Shown in pieces: positions 26,771 to 46,505 of a stretch of 64,000 nucleotides of DNA. The first letter of the stretch is position 1; every line of letters begins with the position of its first letter. The position numbers were made by a program, and so were the translations under genes. The notes beneath the pieces were generated by a model. That model saw only the letters and a program-made list of their open reading frames with translations, made no database searches and was not told the origin of the DNA. This DNA comes from the human T2T-CHM13v2.0 reference genome, Homo sapiens. The DNA lies in assembly GCF_009914755.1 (NCBI RefSeq), contig NC_060927.1; one strand, given 5' to 3'.

Positions 26771-28443
26771 AATTGAACATCACTATGTTGTAAACCATGG
26801 ATAAAGGAAATGGCTTATAATTGGAAGGAAACTAAATTCTAAGACATTCAAATTTATGTTTAAATTTTTTAAAAAATTGGTATTCTTACATTCTAACTTT
26901 TGAAATGTATGGAAAAGTGAACAGATTCTATAAGAGATAAAATAACGTGCCCCAAAATAAATAACTTGCCCAGGTGAGGGGAAAATCAAAGATGACATTT
27001 CGGGTCACATAGGACATTCAGTATTTAAATTTAGTGTGTTTTTCCCAATATTAACGCATAAGAAACCTACTACAATTCTACATTTCAGAAAGTCAGAACA
27101 CACACTGTTAACTTGATTGGTAACACAATAGCCAGTTTTAGTTATTTCTTTTCATTCCATTTTAATTGAATTTTAAAGGAATCCTCCACTAAGGCATTCA
27201 ACTCCAGCTTTTTGCAAAAGCTTATTAACTTGATATCCTGTTCCTAGTCTCCCTTCTCTTCAATACTTCCTCCTTACCATTTCCCGAATGATCACTCTAA
27301 AACACAGGTAATATATTATTACGGAAAATACGTTCCTTTCTTTGTACTGCGGAGAATACTTATAGTCCAGCCACTCTTTTGCAGTCTCCAAAATGGAACT
27401 ATGTAATTCAACTTTTATAGATTTGTCCCTAAATTGTGTCTCTTGTCAAAATTGACAAGAACAGTAGCCTGAACAGGAGCTCTCAGTAGTTCTTCTCTGA
27501 CCACAGAGATATTTGTTCCTGAAGTTCTGGGAATTAGTTCTTCAGAGAGAAGCCATTTTGAGGGCTGGCTTCAAATCCTTTTTGGTAAAAGTAGAATATA
27601 AATAGATCGGATTCAATATTTCTGAGGTTTTAGGCTTCTTGCTTCTTATCTCCAACAATTCTGGTTACTTAGAGACACTGAGACCAAATGTTCAAAAGCT
27701 CTCAAGTTGCAGACTCTCAAAAGACAAGTGGAGGAGGCAGGTGGATGCAGGCCAGCTGTGAGCTCTGTCCTTAGACCTCACAATGGAAAGGGCAGCAGGA
27801 AATGAAAGGAGATGATGATATGTGCTCAAACCCACTCTTCAGAGTCCACATGTTAAAAACTAAAGTGCTGGCATCATAAATTCACTGTAACAAATATAAA
27901 AAGTATTGGAGAAATTTGTGATGAAGATAAGAAGAGGAGAGCAAAGGACAATTAGCAAGAAAAAAATTATGTATTAGCAATGATATAGTAGAGGTAGTCA
28001 TACTGAAGAGCTACTAATCCTTCTATTTAAAAATTCAAGATTGATAATATTTGCACGATTTTATTGCAGAACTTAAGTATACAGAAAACTCTATAAGAGA
28101 GTTTACAGCAGTATTTTCTGATTGATCAACAATTTTGAAATTGTTATGCTTGACTTACATATAAAATCCATCATTGCCTTTAAATAATAGAGTCATGTTC
28201 AGAAACTCATTGAAGGAGAGTTACGAGTTACTCTCTCTTTTATGAATATAAGAGATATATCTATGCTAAGTGAATTACCCCATATCTCAGAGCAAGCAGA
28301 AAATCTCAAGGAGTCTATTAAAAATTTTATAACTCATAAAACTGTTGCAAATAATTAAATCTGTGAAAATATTAACAGAAGTTAAATATTCAATATTGGA
28401 CATATTTTAATTATAACATTTAAGCATTTATAATTACAGTTTA

Positions 28444-28774
<331 letters not shown>

Positions 28775-29299
28775 TTATTTTTTGTAGAGTTCTGGTTGAA
28801 AGCTACTCTTAGTGACTTAAAGAAAGATGTGAAGTAAATGTTTATATAGAAAAGTATGTTGATGTATCTGATTTCTTTCATTACTACATCAGAATATCTA
28901 GTAATGAAGTTTGTGTTTGCTTATTTTTTCTTCTACATTAGAACAGTCTTAAAACATTATTTTAAATAAGAGATCATGTAAAACAGGCACGAAAAGCATA
29001 TTTTTCTTACCAACAAAATTTTTATGAAAATAAGACTATCTTTAAAATATTTGATTAAAAACATAAATGTATTATCAAAATCTTAGAAAAGCAAGTCTAT
29101 GGAGAGACTTGAAAGGAATTTAAGTTTGGGGAAGGAGGGAACTATGATCAAACCCAGCAGCATTTTTAGATTATCTATTTGGAAGTAGTATTTGGTTTTG
29201 AATTGGAGGTATGTAGTCTCAATAAAGGTTTTCCTAGTGGCTTTTGAGGTCTTCCAACTCCATTAGGAAGTTGGTGATTTCATAATTTTTTCAACAATA

Positions 29300-30010
29300 A
29301 TACTATGTTTACTGATGGTGCAAAACAATGATGGGTAAAAGAGTTGACAGCTTGTCATGAACAAGAAAGTGGCAATAAACTGTACCAGTAGTCATTATGT
29401 TTTTCATTGCCACACACTCATGAAAAACAAAAAGCTAATATCATTAATAATGACCTTGATGAATTGGGGAAATTATTACTTATATTAAATCCAAACCCTT
29501 GAGTAATATATTGTTTTAATATTCTGTGTGACAAAATGGTTAGTAGACATTTTAAAGCCTGTCTGCTGCATTCCTAAGTATAACATTTTTGTTTTGAGTC
29601 ACAAGTTAAACTAGTTGCTTTTTCTCAGGGAGCAGAATTTTTACCTGAAAGAAGGACTTAGAAACAAAATAGCAATTTAATAGACATGGTCACAAAAAGG
29701 AAGGAAGTGATTCTACCATGATAGCAAGTATTTGAAGCTAATGATGAAAATCTAACTTTTAAGATAATATGAGCATTTTATAGAATTTGTGTTGACCACC
29801 CTGAGTTTGACAGCTCCTCAAAACTTAAAGACTTCCAGATAAGATCAATAGTGACATTAACAAAGATTGTTAATATTGCATCATGAAGTGAGTCAACGTT
29901 TGTAAGATCTACATGACCCTATGGACCAATATTTCCCAAATGACTACTTCATGATCCTACAAAACCATACTTAGGTAAAACAACTCTTCAGAATAGGCAA
30001 TAGACTTAGG
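29300..30010 (+). mobile_element. Charlie1-like hAT transposase relic
   Basis: AAAACAATGATGGGTAAAA...GTGGCAATAAACTGTACCAGTAGTCATT..CCACACACTC and CCCTGAGTTTGACAGCT..AAACTTAAAGACTT match recalled Charlie1 internal sequence. Confidence 0.7.
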
Positions 30011-30097
30011 GTGAGCTTTATGAGACTGTATTTTGTAAAGTTACTGTAATGTTGAATTTTAAAAAGTACAATTTTTAATATACAGTAGAATTTTACT

Positions 30098-31280
<1,183 letters not shown>

Positions 31281-31786
31281 TAATTGTGTCTTGGCATATA
31301 GACGTATAAGCAGATGTCTGCTTGGTATATAAACATATAAGCACATGTCTGCATGACACTGTAAAAGAAAAGCAGAGTACCCACAATCATGCAACCTAAA
31401 TGTCCACATGTTCTGTCATGTGTTTATAGGGAGAAATTTTCAGTTCTTGTTAACATCTTAGAACATACATAAAGGCAGCAATGGACCTCATTGAAATTGC
31501 GGACCACAAAACAAATTTGGAGACTGTAAATAGTGTGATCAGTATGAGATAGGGATTGATCTGGCTGTAGGGATGTACCCCAAAGTGCATAGAACTGTGC
31601 CTGGTACACATAATAAAGGAGGGAAGGAAGGGAGGGAGGGAGGGAGACCATCACATATATGGAAAAGAGTCTAAAGTGACAGAGTGGTGTTTAATTAATC
31701 AGAGTTCCAAATTGATCACCAGTTGTTACTGTTGTTGTTGTCTTCCAAATTCCAGCTCTATTATTTATTGAATGCATGAATGTGGA

Positions 31787-34476
<2,690 letters not shown>

Positions 34477-35547
34477 ATTATAAAGTAATTCAGGCAAAGG
34501 TTATACAATGGTATAAATGGTAAAAATGATATACTCTGCTCTTTTAATGTCCGACTACAAAGTCAAATAGCACTTCCCTTGAAAATAAATGCATTGATTT
34601 TTCTCAAGTATTCCATTCCCCTACATCACTGAAAGAACTGGATGTTAATAGGGAGGTCATGTTTATGTGTGTGAGAGTGGGAGGGACAGACATGTAACTT
34701 AATGAGTATGCTTTTGAAAGCTAAATATGTACAAGCTGCATGGGCACTTATTAAAATATCATAGAGACCATATAAAGACCAGATGTGATGACAGTACAAG
34801 GGAAAACAAAAAGGGATCCAAAAGTTCCTTTAAGTTTGTAAAAATTTGTTAGAGGGTTTCAGAAATAAAGTATACTGAATATCAAAACAAAGAGGTGTAC
34901 CTAATTTTTGTAATATAACGAAAACTTTGACACAACAGAATATGAAAAATGATAAACCATCTCAAAGAGAGATAAAGGAAAGTGATCCCATTGCTTCAAA
35001 TTAGCTTAGGTTATTTCTACTTGGTTCAGAATCTGTGCTTCCAAGGAATACTACATATCCAGATGTATCTATTATTTGAAGGAGGAAATGCACTCAAATG
35101 TGGACCGATTGAAATAATATGTAGAAGCAGTCTTTAAATAGTAAGACAGACAATCACTAAGTATTCAGAATGTGTTGCAGTTGAAGTTTAAAAGAAAGTG
35201 TCAAGGCATCCCAAGAGAGCAACTAAAGCACCTCATGAAGCAGAGGAAGAAGAAGAAGAGGAGAATGAAGAGAAGGAATAAGATGATAGTAAATAAAGTC
35301 ATTTCAAATAAAATTAGCACCAATCTTTTTTTATGTGAATAACTTAGAATAAGAGAAACACCAGAGATAAAATACTTTAGTTTTGAGATGTTTTCTATTG
35401 GTCTCATTAAACATAATTTCAAAGTTGAATTATGATGCATTATATTTCAGATCATGTGAGTAGAGAACACAATACAGCCATGCTTTCCGAACATTTTATA
35501 TAGTGTTCTAAACATTAAAAAAATCAAGGGATGTTCTTTTTTCATTC

Positions 35548-35920
35548 TGTACTAGTTCTTTTTCACACTGCTAATGAAGACATACTTGAGACTGTATAAT
35601 TTATAAAGAAAAGATGTTTAATTGAATCACAGTTCAGCATGGCTGGGGAGGCCTCAGGAAACTTACAAGCATGGCAGAAGGGGAAGCAAACACGTCCTTC
35701 TTCACATGGCAAAAAGGAGAAGTGCCTAGCAAGAGGCGGAAGCCCCTTATAAAACCATCAGATTTCAGGAGAACTCACTCACTATCATGAGAGCAGCAGC
35801 ATAGGGGTAACCACCACCATGATTCAATTATCTCCAAGTGGTCCTTCCCACAACACTTGGGGACTGTGGGAACTACAATTCAAGATGAGATTTGGGTGGG
35901 GACACAGCCAAACCATATCA
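35548..35920 (-). mobile_element. THE1C/D-like solo LTR
   Basis: Ends GGGACACAGCCAAACCATATCA; perfect TSD CATTC (35543-35547, 35921-35925). Confidence 0.94.
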
Positions 35921-36375
35921 CATTCTGTGCAGTTTCCTCTTGCTAAACACGGAATTTAAAATGTTTTGCATTTTAATGTTTCTTAGAAATCCAGGACAGT
36001 AAATTCCCTCACACGATTTTTAACAGCTAAAAAAATTCTTGGAAACATACTTAGAATTTCAATAAATTAAAAAGGGGAAATTGCCTTGATGTTTATAGCT
36101 TTCATAGAGTAACTTTGCCCTTTGAACAAATTAGGTGTAATTATGCCACAGTGATCATTCATTAAGTTTAGAGTCATTATTCTGTATACAGAAAATTTCA
36201 ATTTTATTTTCATTCTTAGTTTTAAAAAAGGGTTCATCGAGCACAATAATTTACTTGATTTATTTAGTTAAGTGCAGTAATTTTTAAATTAAAATTATAG
36301 ATCTACTTTAGAAAATGAAGATCCAATTCAGCCATTAGAATTCCAGAGAAAAATTTGTATTTAAAACAATACCTA

Positions 36376-36738
<363 letters not shown>

Positions 36739-39700
36739 TTAAAGATTAGAGTTGCGTTAAAAATACCAATGTGTTTTTATGCCAATACAAGAGCCTAAAA
36801 GATAAGGTCAAGAAGAATGTTGTTGAAATTCTTAAGATATAAAAGGTAAATGTGTATGAAAATTGTTTGGTTACAGTAGTGGAATTATGGGTGATTTGTC
36901 TATACTTACTTTTTTTTTCTAAGCTTCTTATTATAATAAAATGTTTTTGAAATGTAAAGAAAACACATTTTTTAAAAAAAGTCATATGTTTTAACTCTTT
37001 GTGAGTAGCTCTAAGCTTAAGACCTAAAGGTTAATTTAGACCACAGGTGTAGTAATAGCCCAGAATACTTTAGGAAATTCAAGCATCAGGTTAGTGGTTG
37101 GATGAGATTATCTTTGTGATAGATTTTACCTAGAAAATACGATTTTTGTTTCATACTCAAGAAACAAAGTAATGTTCTTTCCTTTTTCCAGCATATGTAT
37201 ATCTTGTTCTCTTTTCTCTAAAGTATCATTATAAAACATATGCTCTTTGACACTACAGCTTAGAATACCTTTTCTTTCTATTTCTGAAAGATTGTGAAAG
37301 AGGCATTCCAAACCACCACCAACATTGGAGTGTTGAAAGTAGTTCGTATGTACCGAATAAACCCAGCAGGACAGAAACAAGATCCTGTACTCAATATGTA
37401 TCTTTGAACATTTCTGACAAGTAGAAAGAAACTCAAATACCAGCAGAATATTTCCATAAACTAGCTACATACAAACATTTCTACTTAAGAACAAAGCTAC
37501 CCCCCTTGTTAAAGGTATCCTTGTGCCAGTTACTTTGTTGAACCTCAATTGGTTCTAAAGAAAATATTATCTCTGTAATTCTATCCACTTATTGGATTCT
37601 TAAATGCTTTGTCTTCTAGGAGTCAGTTGTTAAAATTATCGGTCTTTCCAGAGTATAATTTTTGTAATCATTTCCTGGGTCAGAAAACAAGCAAACAAAC
37701 AAACAAACTCCTTTTTCTTATTTGTACCGTTTATTTTTCACTGCCTCTCAGAAGTGGTCACAACAGCGAGGCCTGTTGGTCCCATCACGCCATCAGTTTA
37801 ATCATTGCTTCTTACTTGTAGAGTGTAAACATCTATATTTCACACGTACCTTCTACATAAGTTATAATAATACCCATAGGGGAGCTGCATAGTTTCAATT
37901 ATTAATAATAATGTTCTAAGGGAGAAGGAATTTATTTTTGAAGTTAGATTATTTATGTTCTCAGTTGCTACCCACACATTTTGGGAGGTTGGGTTTTGGA
38001 GGCATGTTCCCCCAACCCTTGGGAAAAAAAAAAAAACCCTTATTTGTGGAACTAAGATTGTCCAAAATGTAGAGCTCAGCAGTTTCAGAAGTCATATTTA
38101 ATACTCATAATTTAAAGATGAAAAAGCATGTATCTCCCCACAAAACAATGGAATCTTCTTGCCAACACATATTTCATCAGATATGAATGTGTTTTTAACA
38201 CAGTAATCCTTATCAAAACCACATTGACTTAATTGTCAGTTATTATTCTGTCCACCTCTGCTTTCCTCCTCTTTTATCATTAGCACTTTTTTGAAAAAGT
38301 AGATAGTTTATAACTGGTGTTCTCCATTTGCTATGCACTTTTAAACTAACAAAACAAACAGTGAGTTCCTGGAACAGGTCCTGTCACCACTACTGACCTC
38401 AGGCCAAGCCCAGGGAATGTTCTCCTCAGTGAGGAAGCAGCCACTCCTTCCCCTGGGAAATGCCAAGCCAAGGGTATGAATAAACTAAGGGAACTTCAGT
38501 CTGCTGAGACAACAAATACTAGTGAATCATTTATTTCATGGCTGGTTCTTTTCCATCTCCCACTCTGTCTTCCATATAAAATAAGAAAGTCATTGTGGTT
38601 TCACAGATCTAAATCTACAGTAACAAAGATAGATATTATGACCAAGGATAGTTGATCCAAAAATAACTGAGAAGAATCAGATGACTTGTCAAGTAGTGCA
38701 AGAATGTGGTAGTTCCGTGCACGAGATCCATGAAGTGATATAGCTTTTGGACTCTAGACACAAAGTGCATCCTTTACAAAGATGTTGATATCTGAAAGAG
38801 GGACTCATGCAATGTCTGTCTAGCAAGAAAAAGTGTTCTTTCATTATAAACGTTAACTTGGACATGGCTTGCAAGGACAAAAGAGAGGTATCAAATTATG
38901 TAAGATGAGAGAAAGAAAGGCAAGACAAAACAAAGCATCACCAAAAAAAGTGCAAAATAAAAATAAAGAGAAGGACTCATGATTTCCAACAGAGAATATG
39001 ATCCATTACGGTCAAATCAATTGTTTACAGTATATCACAGAATTCTAATTAATTAGTTAAGCATTTCATATTTTAAAAACAAATATCGTGTATACTTTTT
39101 ACAATAGCTGTTAACATAAAGTAGAAATATATCCCTTGACAAAATCTATAAGGCCGTACATTGTCTCCTTTCATTCTATTTTCCTGTAATCTCACCACAA
39201 CAAGTTATAATTATATTGAATAAATGGTTAATCTCCAAATAAATTATTCATCTCAAAATATGTTTTCTTCTGTCTAGAATTCCTTGGCCACTCACCCTCA
39301 CACCTATTTTTCTTTCTCTACCGAAAGTACTTCTACATAATATTAACACAATTTAAATGTTTCTTCCAGTGTAAATGTCTTCTTATATGGTCCTGTTACA
39401 TACTTTTATTACATGCTTTGTCATCTTGTCAAATAACTGGTGACATGTCTTTGACATCACCTAACGGCGTGAGGCAGGAATCATATTTTATTTATTTTAG
39501 CATTTGTAATATTATATACCATATTGAAAACCACATTTTTTGGTGACATGTCTAAGTGATAAAAGTGATTGAAGCATATCTGTTTGGGTACAGTTCAGGC
39601 TTGTCAGTAAAAACTACTCTAAATTAATTATTCTATATTCAAAATCTCTTTGGTAAAGGAAAATTAAATTAAAGCTTTCTTCTGATTAAAATGTACAATT

Positions 39701-40481
39701 ATTCTCCCCAGAGTATTTCTTAACATCAAATCATGTTCCTGACATAATTTTCAAGTCCCAAATTATACAAATGTACACATTTTTCTATTAGTGATCAAAG
39801 CAAATTTATTTCCTTAAGCAACATGATAGCATATATAACTTAGCTAATTTTAAATTAGATATTATGGAGATACGGAACAACTTTGGAAATCATAAGTGAG
39901 CTACTTATGACATAATAACATATTACTAATATTGGCATTTCAACAGTGCATATTTATCTCACTTTGTTATAAAAATTAATTATATTCTTCTTATTCAGAT
40001 GAAAATACATAGAAGATTTAAAAACTTATGTCTACTTAAGATCTACTCTCTTTGCACACCAAAAACTGTATACAAATGTTTATAGCAATTTTATTCATAA
40101 TTCCTCAAACTCGGAAGCAATTAAAGTATTCAAGCGAATGGATAAACAAACTGGTACATTTACACAGTGGGATACTATACAGTGATAAAGAGTAGTGAGC
40201 CATCTACCCCCACCTTAATAGATACATTTTTAAAAGAATTACAAAACAAATGTACAAACAAAAATAATAAAGAGAAGAACCAAAACACACTATACCCAAC
40301 AGAGATAAAGAAGTCAGATGGAAAGGCTCTACTATAATTCCACTTAAATGACATTCCGGAATAGGCAAAACTATAGAGATGGTAAAAAAAAATCAGTGAC
40401 TTTTTGGGGCCGGTGATGGGGCATATCCAATAGGATATTATTCTTTAGGATAGTATAGATATTTTGTAATGTAAAGGTAGC

Positions 40482-40763
40482 TGTAAAGCAAGGGAGGAAA
40501 GCCTCCCAAAGAGGAGCTTAGCCCAAGAAGTTTCTTGGCTTTGCCCAGAAAATAATTCAAGGGCAAGTTGGCGATTGAAGAAAAAAGCTTCATTGAAGAG
40601 GTAGTATTACAGCTCCCATGGTGTCACAGCTCCGTGACTTCTCCTGCAGAGCAAGGCGGCCATGTCTTATGGAAAGCTGCTTCTGCCCTAGCCCTGTTTT
40701 AGCTAGTCCTCAACTTGGTCTGGTGTCCAAGCGCCACCTCAGAGTCAAGTCCTGCCTCCTATA
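40482..40763 (-). mobile_element. ERV1 (MER4-group) LTR, internally deleted
   Basis: TTCTTGGCTTTGCCCAG..AATTCAAGGGC..AGCTTCATTGAAG (reverse polyA signal region) and CAAGTCCTGCCTCCTA terminus. Confidence 0.6.
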
Positions 40764-41039
40764 TGAGATGTATGACAGTATGTTTTTATCAAAACCCATA
40801 GAATTGTAAAGCACAGAGTTAAATTTAATGTACACAAATTATAAAAATTATTTGGAAAACTGAGAGACTTCAGAGGATGAAACACACAATGTGACAAAAG
40901 AATCAGATTGTACTACCTATGTATAAAACAACTTCACAAAAGAGGATGGGGAAGAGGTATTGCCCTAAGTAACTTTGGAAATGAGTAGACTCTAAGAGTA
41001 AATGCAAAATGAACTGTATGTAAGTACTGTATTCTATTA

Positions 41040-41515
<476 letters not shown>

Positions 41516-41842
41516 AGAAATGGGGAAATATCAGTATAAATTCAGGTTTAGCTTAAAATAGATATAGATGGTTAGTTATATCTAGAAATATTATAGATAT
41601 ATGGATACATCTATGGGTTAGTATACACATATGTATTTCCTTGTTTTTTTCAGCTAAGAGGGCCTAAAAGTAATGACAGCCCATAGCAATGAGCACATCA
41701 AGTGATCAGATCTTTGTTTCTAATACTATTGCCCAATTAAGGAAACCAGTTTCCCTTGGAGAAATGGCTAATTCTAGGACTAGAGCAGGAAATAGACAAG
41801 ATGAGCCTGCAGCATATTGTTTTGCTGGAAAATAAGAAAATA

Positions 41843-42070
41843 TGAAAGAAAGAAAGAGAAAGAGAGAAAGAGAAAGAGAGAGAAAGAGAGAAAGAAAAAG
41901 GAAGGAAGGAAAGAAGGAAGGAAGAAGGACGGAAGGAAGGGAGGGAGGGAAGGAAGGATCAAATTGTACTACATATGTATAAAACAACTTCACAAAAGAG
42001 GATGGGGAAGAGGTATTGCCCTAAGTAACCTAAGGAAAGAAGGGAGGGAGGGAGGGAGGGAAAAAAGAAA
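41843..42070. repeat. Polypurine (GAAA/GAGA/GGAA/GGGA)n microsatellite interrupted by a 72-bp copied insert
   Basis: Directly visible. Confidence 0.93.
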
Positions 42071-42322
42071 AACTAAAACATATGTCAAAGGCACAAGAAC
42101 CAACTGAAAGAGTTCCCTATTTTCAAAGTTTGAACAATTTCAGGAAAAATATAAATTAGTATTAGGTTATAACCCATAGTTTAAAATAAATTTTTATGAG
42201 TCTTCAGCTTATAATAATGTATTAATAATGAAAAAACAGTTACAAAAATGTTGTCAACCTTGTACTTTCTCATTCTCTTTCTCTTTCCCAACACACGCAC
42301 ACATAGAGCATACACACACTAG

Positions 42323-43483
42323 TGACACAGGATCCTTTGGGTGCCACTTCACCAGCTGGAAACCTCTGTTGCTGGCAGCGCCTCTGCTCCAGTTTCCCTT
42401 GCAATCGCTGGGCTCGCTCTGCTCATTCAGCCCGACGGGCAGCACTCGGCTTGCACTACCAGCCCAGATTTTGTGCCCTCCAAGGGCGCCGAGGGCGAGC
42501 CTGGAGCAAAGCAGCAAGGGTTGCAGGGTCCAACTACAGGCACAGCCAGGCACCCCAGCTGCTGTGGTGGGACAGGCAGCTCCAGGCGCCAGCACAAGCA
42601 CCGGCTCTGTGCGCAGCTGTGTCTGGACCAGGCTTATCAAAAGCAGCTTCTGCCTTGGGCACCAGCATCTAGATGAGGGGAACATGGTGGCGCCCGAAAA
42701 CTCAGAGACGCCAGCAACTGTCGAGCCCCAAGGGGTGTTACAGCCTTCTGCTCAGGAAGCATTACAGCTCATTCATTCCCGCCTTCCACACACTTCCGCG
42801 AACGGAGGCAGGTCCCAGCTCATTTGATCCCGCTTCCCCGCTCTGGCCTGTGGTTCCTGGGCTGGCTTGGTCCCCCCTCTGCTTCCCATCACATGTGGAG
42901 GGAGGGAGGGTTACAGTGTTACAGCTCTGGCTCAGGGAATCCTGAGTTCTGGGCCACCTGAATGGTTGCCATTCTTTCCTCCCACAGTCCAGCGAAGGAG
43001 AGCATATCACCACCCACAATTTGGCAAGCCGGCCAGGAAGTGTTAAAGCCATTTTTGCTCCCATTGTTCTGCGAATCCCAGGTTCTTGTCCTGGGCCCAA
43101 GAAGAATGAAGTTACGTGGACAAACTGAGAGTGAGCAAGGCGGAGAAGAGTTGTATTGAATGCAGAACAGTTCTCAGCAGAGAGGGGACCCAAAGTGGGT
43201 AGCTCCTACCCAAAAGCCAGTAGTCCCCCATGTGGCTTAGTCCAGGAGTTTAATGGGCTCAGAATGGGGGAGTGTGTGCTGGTTGGTCCATGGGTGAGCC
43301 AGAGAAAAGCACCATTTGATTGGCTAAAAGGCATCATGGAAGTTCTTACTCCAGGTCAAGGACTCTACCCAGAATCTGCAGCTCAGTTTTCAGGTTTCAG
43401 GTTGTCTTTTGGCTTGAATGTCGGGTTTTACAGGGGACCTGTCCCTGTCTGCCTAGGAATTTGTCTGTCTCCTGCCACTATCA
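42323..43483 (-). mobile_element. MER52-like ERV1 solo LTR (GC-rich)
   Basis: TGACACAGGATCCTTTGGGTGCCACTTCACCAGCTGGAAACCTCTG ... TGTCTGTCTCCTGCCACTATCA; TG...CA ends; 4-bp TSD CTAG (42319-42322, 43484-43487). Confidence 0.85.
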
Positions 43484-45384
43484 CTAGTGACTCACATAAT
43501 ACATAGAAACTGACATGCTATGGCATTGTTAGTGTTTATTTACCTTCAGTAACTACATGCTTATTTCACTTGAAAAAAGACCTACCCAAGAAGAATTTTG
43601 TGTTTATCTAACAACTATTCTATAATAAAGGTTACCTCTAACCCACATCACTTCCAAATATTTGAATTCCAAATTATAAAGACTCAAAAAATCAAGATGA
43701 TTTTAAAACTTTTTTCCGTATGTTTTCTTTTTAATGAGTCTTTTCAAGTGAGGGAAATTTTGTATGATTTAAAAAATATGTATGGTGATCACAAACACAT
43801 TTTCTAGTATTCCCAGAAGTACATTTGAATATTAACTATAGGATATTTGAATATTAACACAGAGGTATATTTGAATATTAACTATATTATTCTTTCTAAA
43901 TCTACCCAATAGTAAATGACTATTTACACATGACTATATTGTTTTAATGTGTGGAAGAAAGGTCTAGAAAAAAATATTAAATTATAAAATTATTTTTTGA
44001 TGTCTTCAGTTAAAAATTATAGATGAATATCCCAGCTAGCGGATAAGGAGCATAGCCTAAGCTTCCAGTTCCTGCAAAAGTTTAAATCTCTGATCCTTGT
44101 CTGTTGTTATCTAATATGTTCATTTCAGAAGCATCTAGTGCAATGAACAGAGTAAGGAGGTAGAGGCCATGTATTATATTGAGGCTGAGGGAATGTGAAA
44201 GTTTCAAAACTATTGATTGTGGCATTAAAGAGGTTAGTAAAATAAGTATGCTACCACTAGTGAAGAAACATTATTGAGGTTGTATAGAATTAAGCTTTGG
44301 CTCAATTATCCTAAAAACTGGGCTAAAATACTATTAGATTGTAGCACCATTTAATTTAGTGCTGACCCTCCTTTACAGTAGAGCAGATGAAACTCCATGA
44401 GAGTTTACAATATTTGAACTGTATGCAAGTAACCCAAGAAGTAATAAATAATTCAATTAAGTGTGCAATAATATTTAAGGCATCCTCCAAAATTTATTAT
44501 TAGCAGAGCATTTTTATAACCAAATTACTTACACATACACCTGTGTCTGTGTGCATGTGTGTGTGTTAGAAAGAGAGAGAAAGAGAAAGAGGGCTGGAAT
44601 ATGAAAACACTATCACTATACTTATAAAATTTAAACTGTGGAGTTCAGAAATTAATTTCCAAATAACTTCTCCCATGTAGGTATTACTCAATTAATTTTT
44701 ACCATTAACAAAAGAAATTCAGAAGCCTTCATTTTAACTGGCAAATACAAACATCTGCCAGAATAATATATAATCTTTAATATTTCTTTACTTTTTAACT
44801 TACAAGCTCTGAACGTATTGTTGTAATTAGGTACATGCATGAAATAATGTCACTGTCTTAAAATTATAGGAAAAAGTATTTATCATCACATTTCTTAAAC
44901 AAACAAAAACTCTTGGCGGAAATTGGATGGTATTTAAACATTTTGCTTCGGTTTCTTGATAATCTGACAGCCAAGATGACAGCTCTGATCTTTGGTAGCT
45001 GACTACCAAATCTGGGAAATGGAAGCACAGTTCTTTATTTTTCATCATGAAATTTATCAAATTTCAGAGTAAAGTTCCAGATTTTTTGATATTTTTATTC
45101 CATCACAAATACATAAAAGACTGCTTTGAAAAGGCCATGATACAAATGAAAAGTGTAAAGGATATCAAATAATTGGCAATGCAATTATAACTGTACATCA
45201 TTAAAAATAAAACTGAGCCATACATATTGTTGTACAATTGTGATAAATCACTATGAATGTTAATTTTCTGTGTTCTTTGATCTTATTTCTGATAAGTCCA
45301 AATTTTTTTAAATTTTATTATTTAAACACTTATGTCTGATACATCAGATATGATTCTCAGCAGTATATACACCTCTGTGAAGCA

Positions 45385-45550
45385 CTACCAACCAACAATG
45401 ATTATTATTAGCCAAATTTGCAGATAGAAAACTGGGTTTTAGAGAACAGGTAACTCATCCCCATATACTCCCATAGAAGTGATGGAGCTAAGACTGAAAT
45501 TCAATTAGCCTGTTTCCGAATTAATGTTCTTATCTATTATTTCACACTGC
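45385..45550 (-). mobile_element. MIR
   Basis: ATTATTAGCCAAATTTGCAGATAGAAAACTGGG..AGAGA..GGTAACTCATCCC..GATGGAGCTAAGACTGAAATTCA..CACTGCCTC. Confidence 0.7.
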
Positions 45551-46505
45551 CTCAATTCACCTAGACCCTTATTGATGTTGTAAATAAAATGCAATAATTA
45601 TATCAAAGCAGATTATTTCTTTATATTAAAATAAATAACTATAGGACAGAATACTTAAGAAAGCACTACTCAGGATAAATATTTAAATTTGAAAATATAA
45701 AATGGAGAAGTTATAAAAATTGTTAACAATGATCATTCCTATTATACAGAACATACTTAGCTGTGTTTGAACTAAAAAAATTATTGAATTTTTATATTGC
45801 CGTTATATTTCTTGTGACTTCAAGCCTAAAAATTGTCACTTAGTAATAACTTGTTATTACTGTTATTACGTGATTGTGTTTGGCAAAATAATCCTTCCTA
45901 TCGACTGTGGAATTTTGATGTCTTTCTAAATTTTGCTTTGGGCTCTGTAGTCAATAATTATATTGTAAGTTCAGTGGGCAATAACTATTATAGGAAAACC
46001 AGTGACCAGTGAATTATGTTGTATAATTTCTACATACCTATAATATTATTTTAGCAACTAAAAATGTGAAACAAAAATGACAAAGCTCACTTCTCTATTC
46101 TACCTAATATATATAGAGAAAAATAACTTTATCTTAATAATTAAATTTGATTTTGTCCCAACAAAAAAGCAAGAAAATGAGTTTTTTTAATAATTTAATT
46201 TTTTCATTTTCTTTAGTTTTGACCCATTCAAAATTTCATTATGCTGAATTTACTAACTAGCAGTATTACATACATATTTTTAACATACATGCTGTATTTA
46301 TAAATATTAAACTAGTAAACTATAATCATTGAAAGGTGGTATTTTAAAAGTATGCAATAAACTTTTAACGAATTACCATTTTTAAAATGTATTTGCATGA
46401 TCAAAGTTTCTGAAAATGTGACATCTGTTTCCCTGGATGAAATAAAATCATTATAGAATTCCAAACATACTTAAGTATGAAGATCAGCACTGCCTTTTTC
46501 TAATT

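Noticed and set aside
27441-27460. Short perfect inverted repeats (TCTTGTCAA-AA-TTGACAAGA; also 45842-45861 and palindrome 46466-46479)
   Set aside because: 7-9-bp arms are expected occasionally in 64 kb of AT-rich DNA; no supporting context
35200-35300. GAA-rich stretch reading as poly-Glu or poly-Lys/Arg, like an HMGB or similar pseudogene tail
   Set aside because: Low complexity only; no upstream homology, poly-A or TSD
42228-43506. Longest ORFs in the window (199, 143, 116 aa) in a GC-rich block resembling a CpG island or gene
   Set aside because: They lie almost entirely in a TSD-bounded MER52-like LTR; overlapping ORFs on both strands reflect GC content
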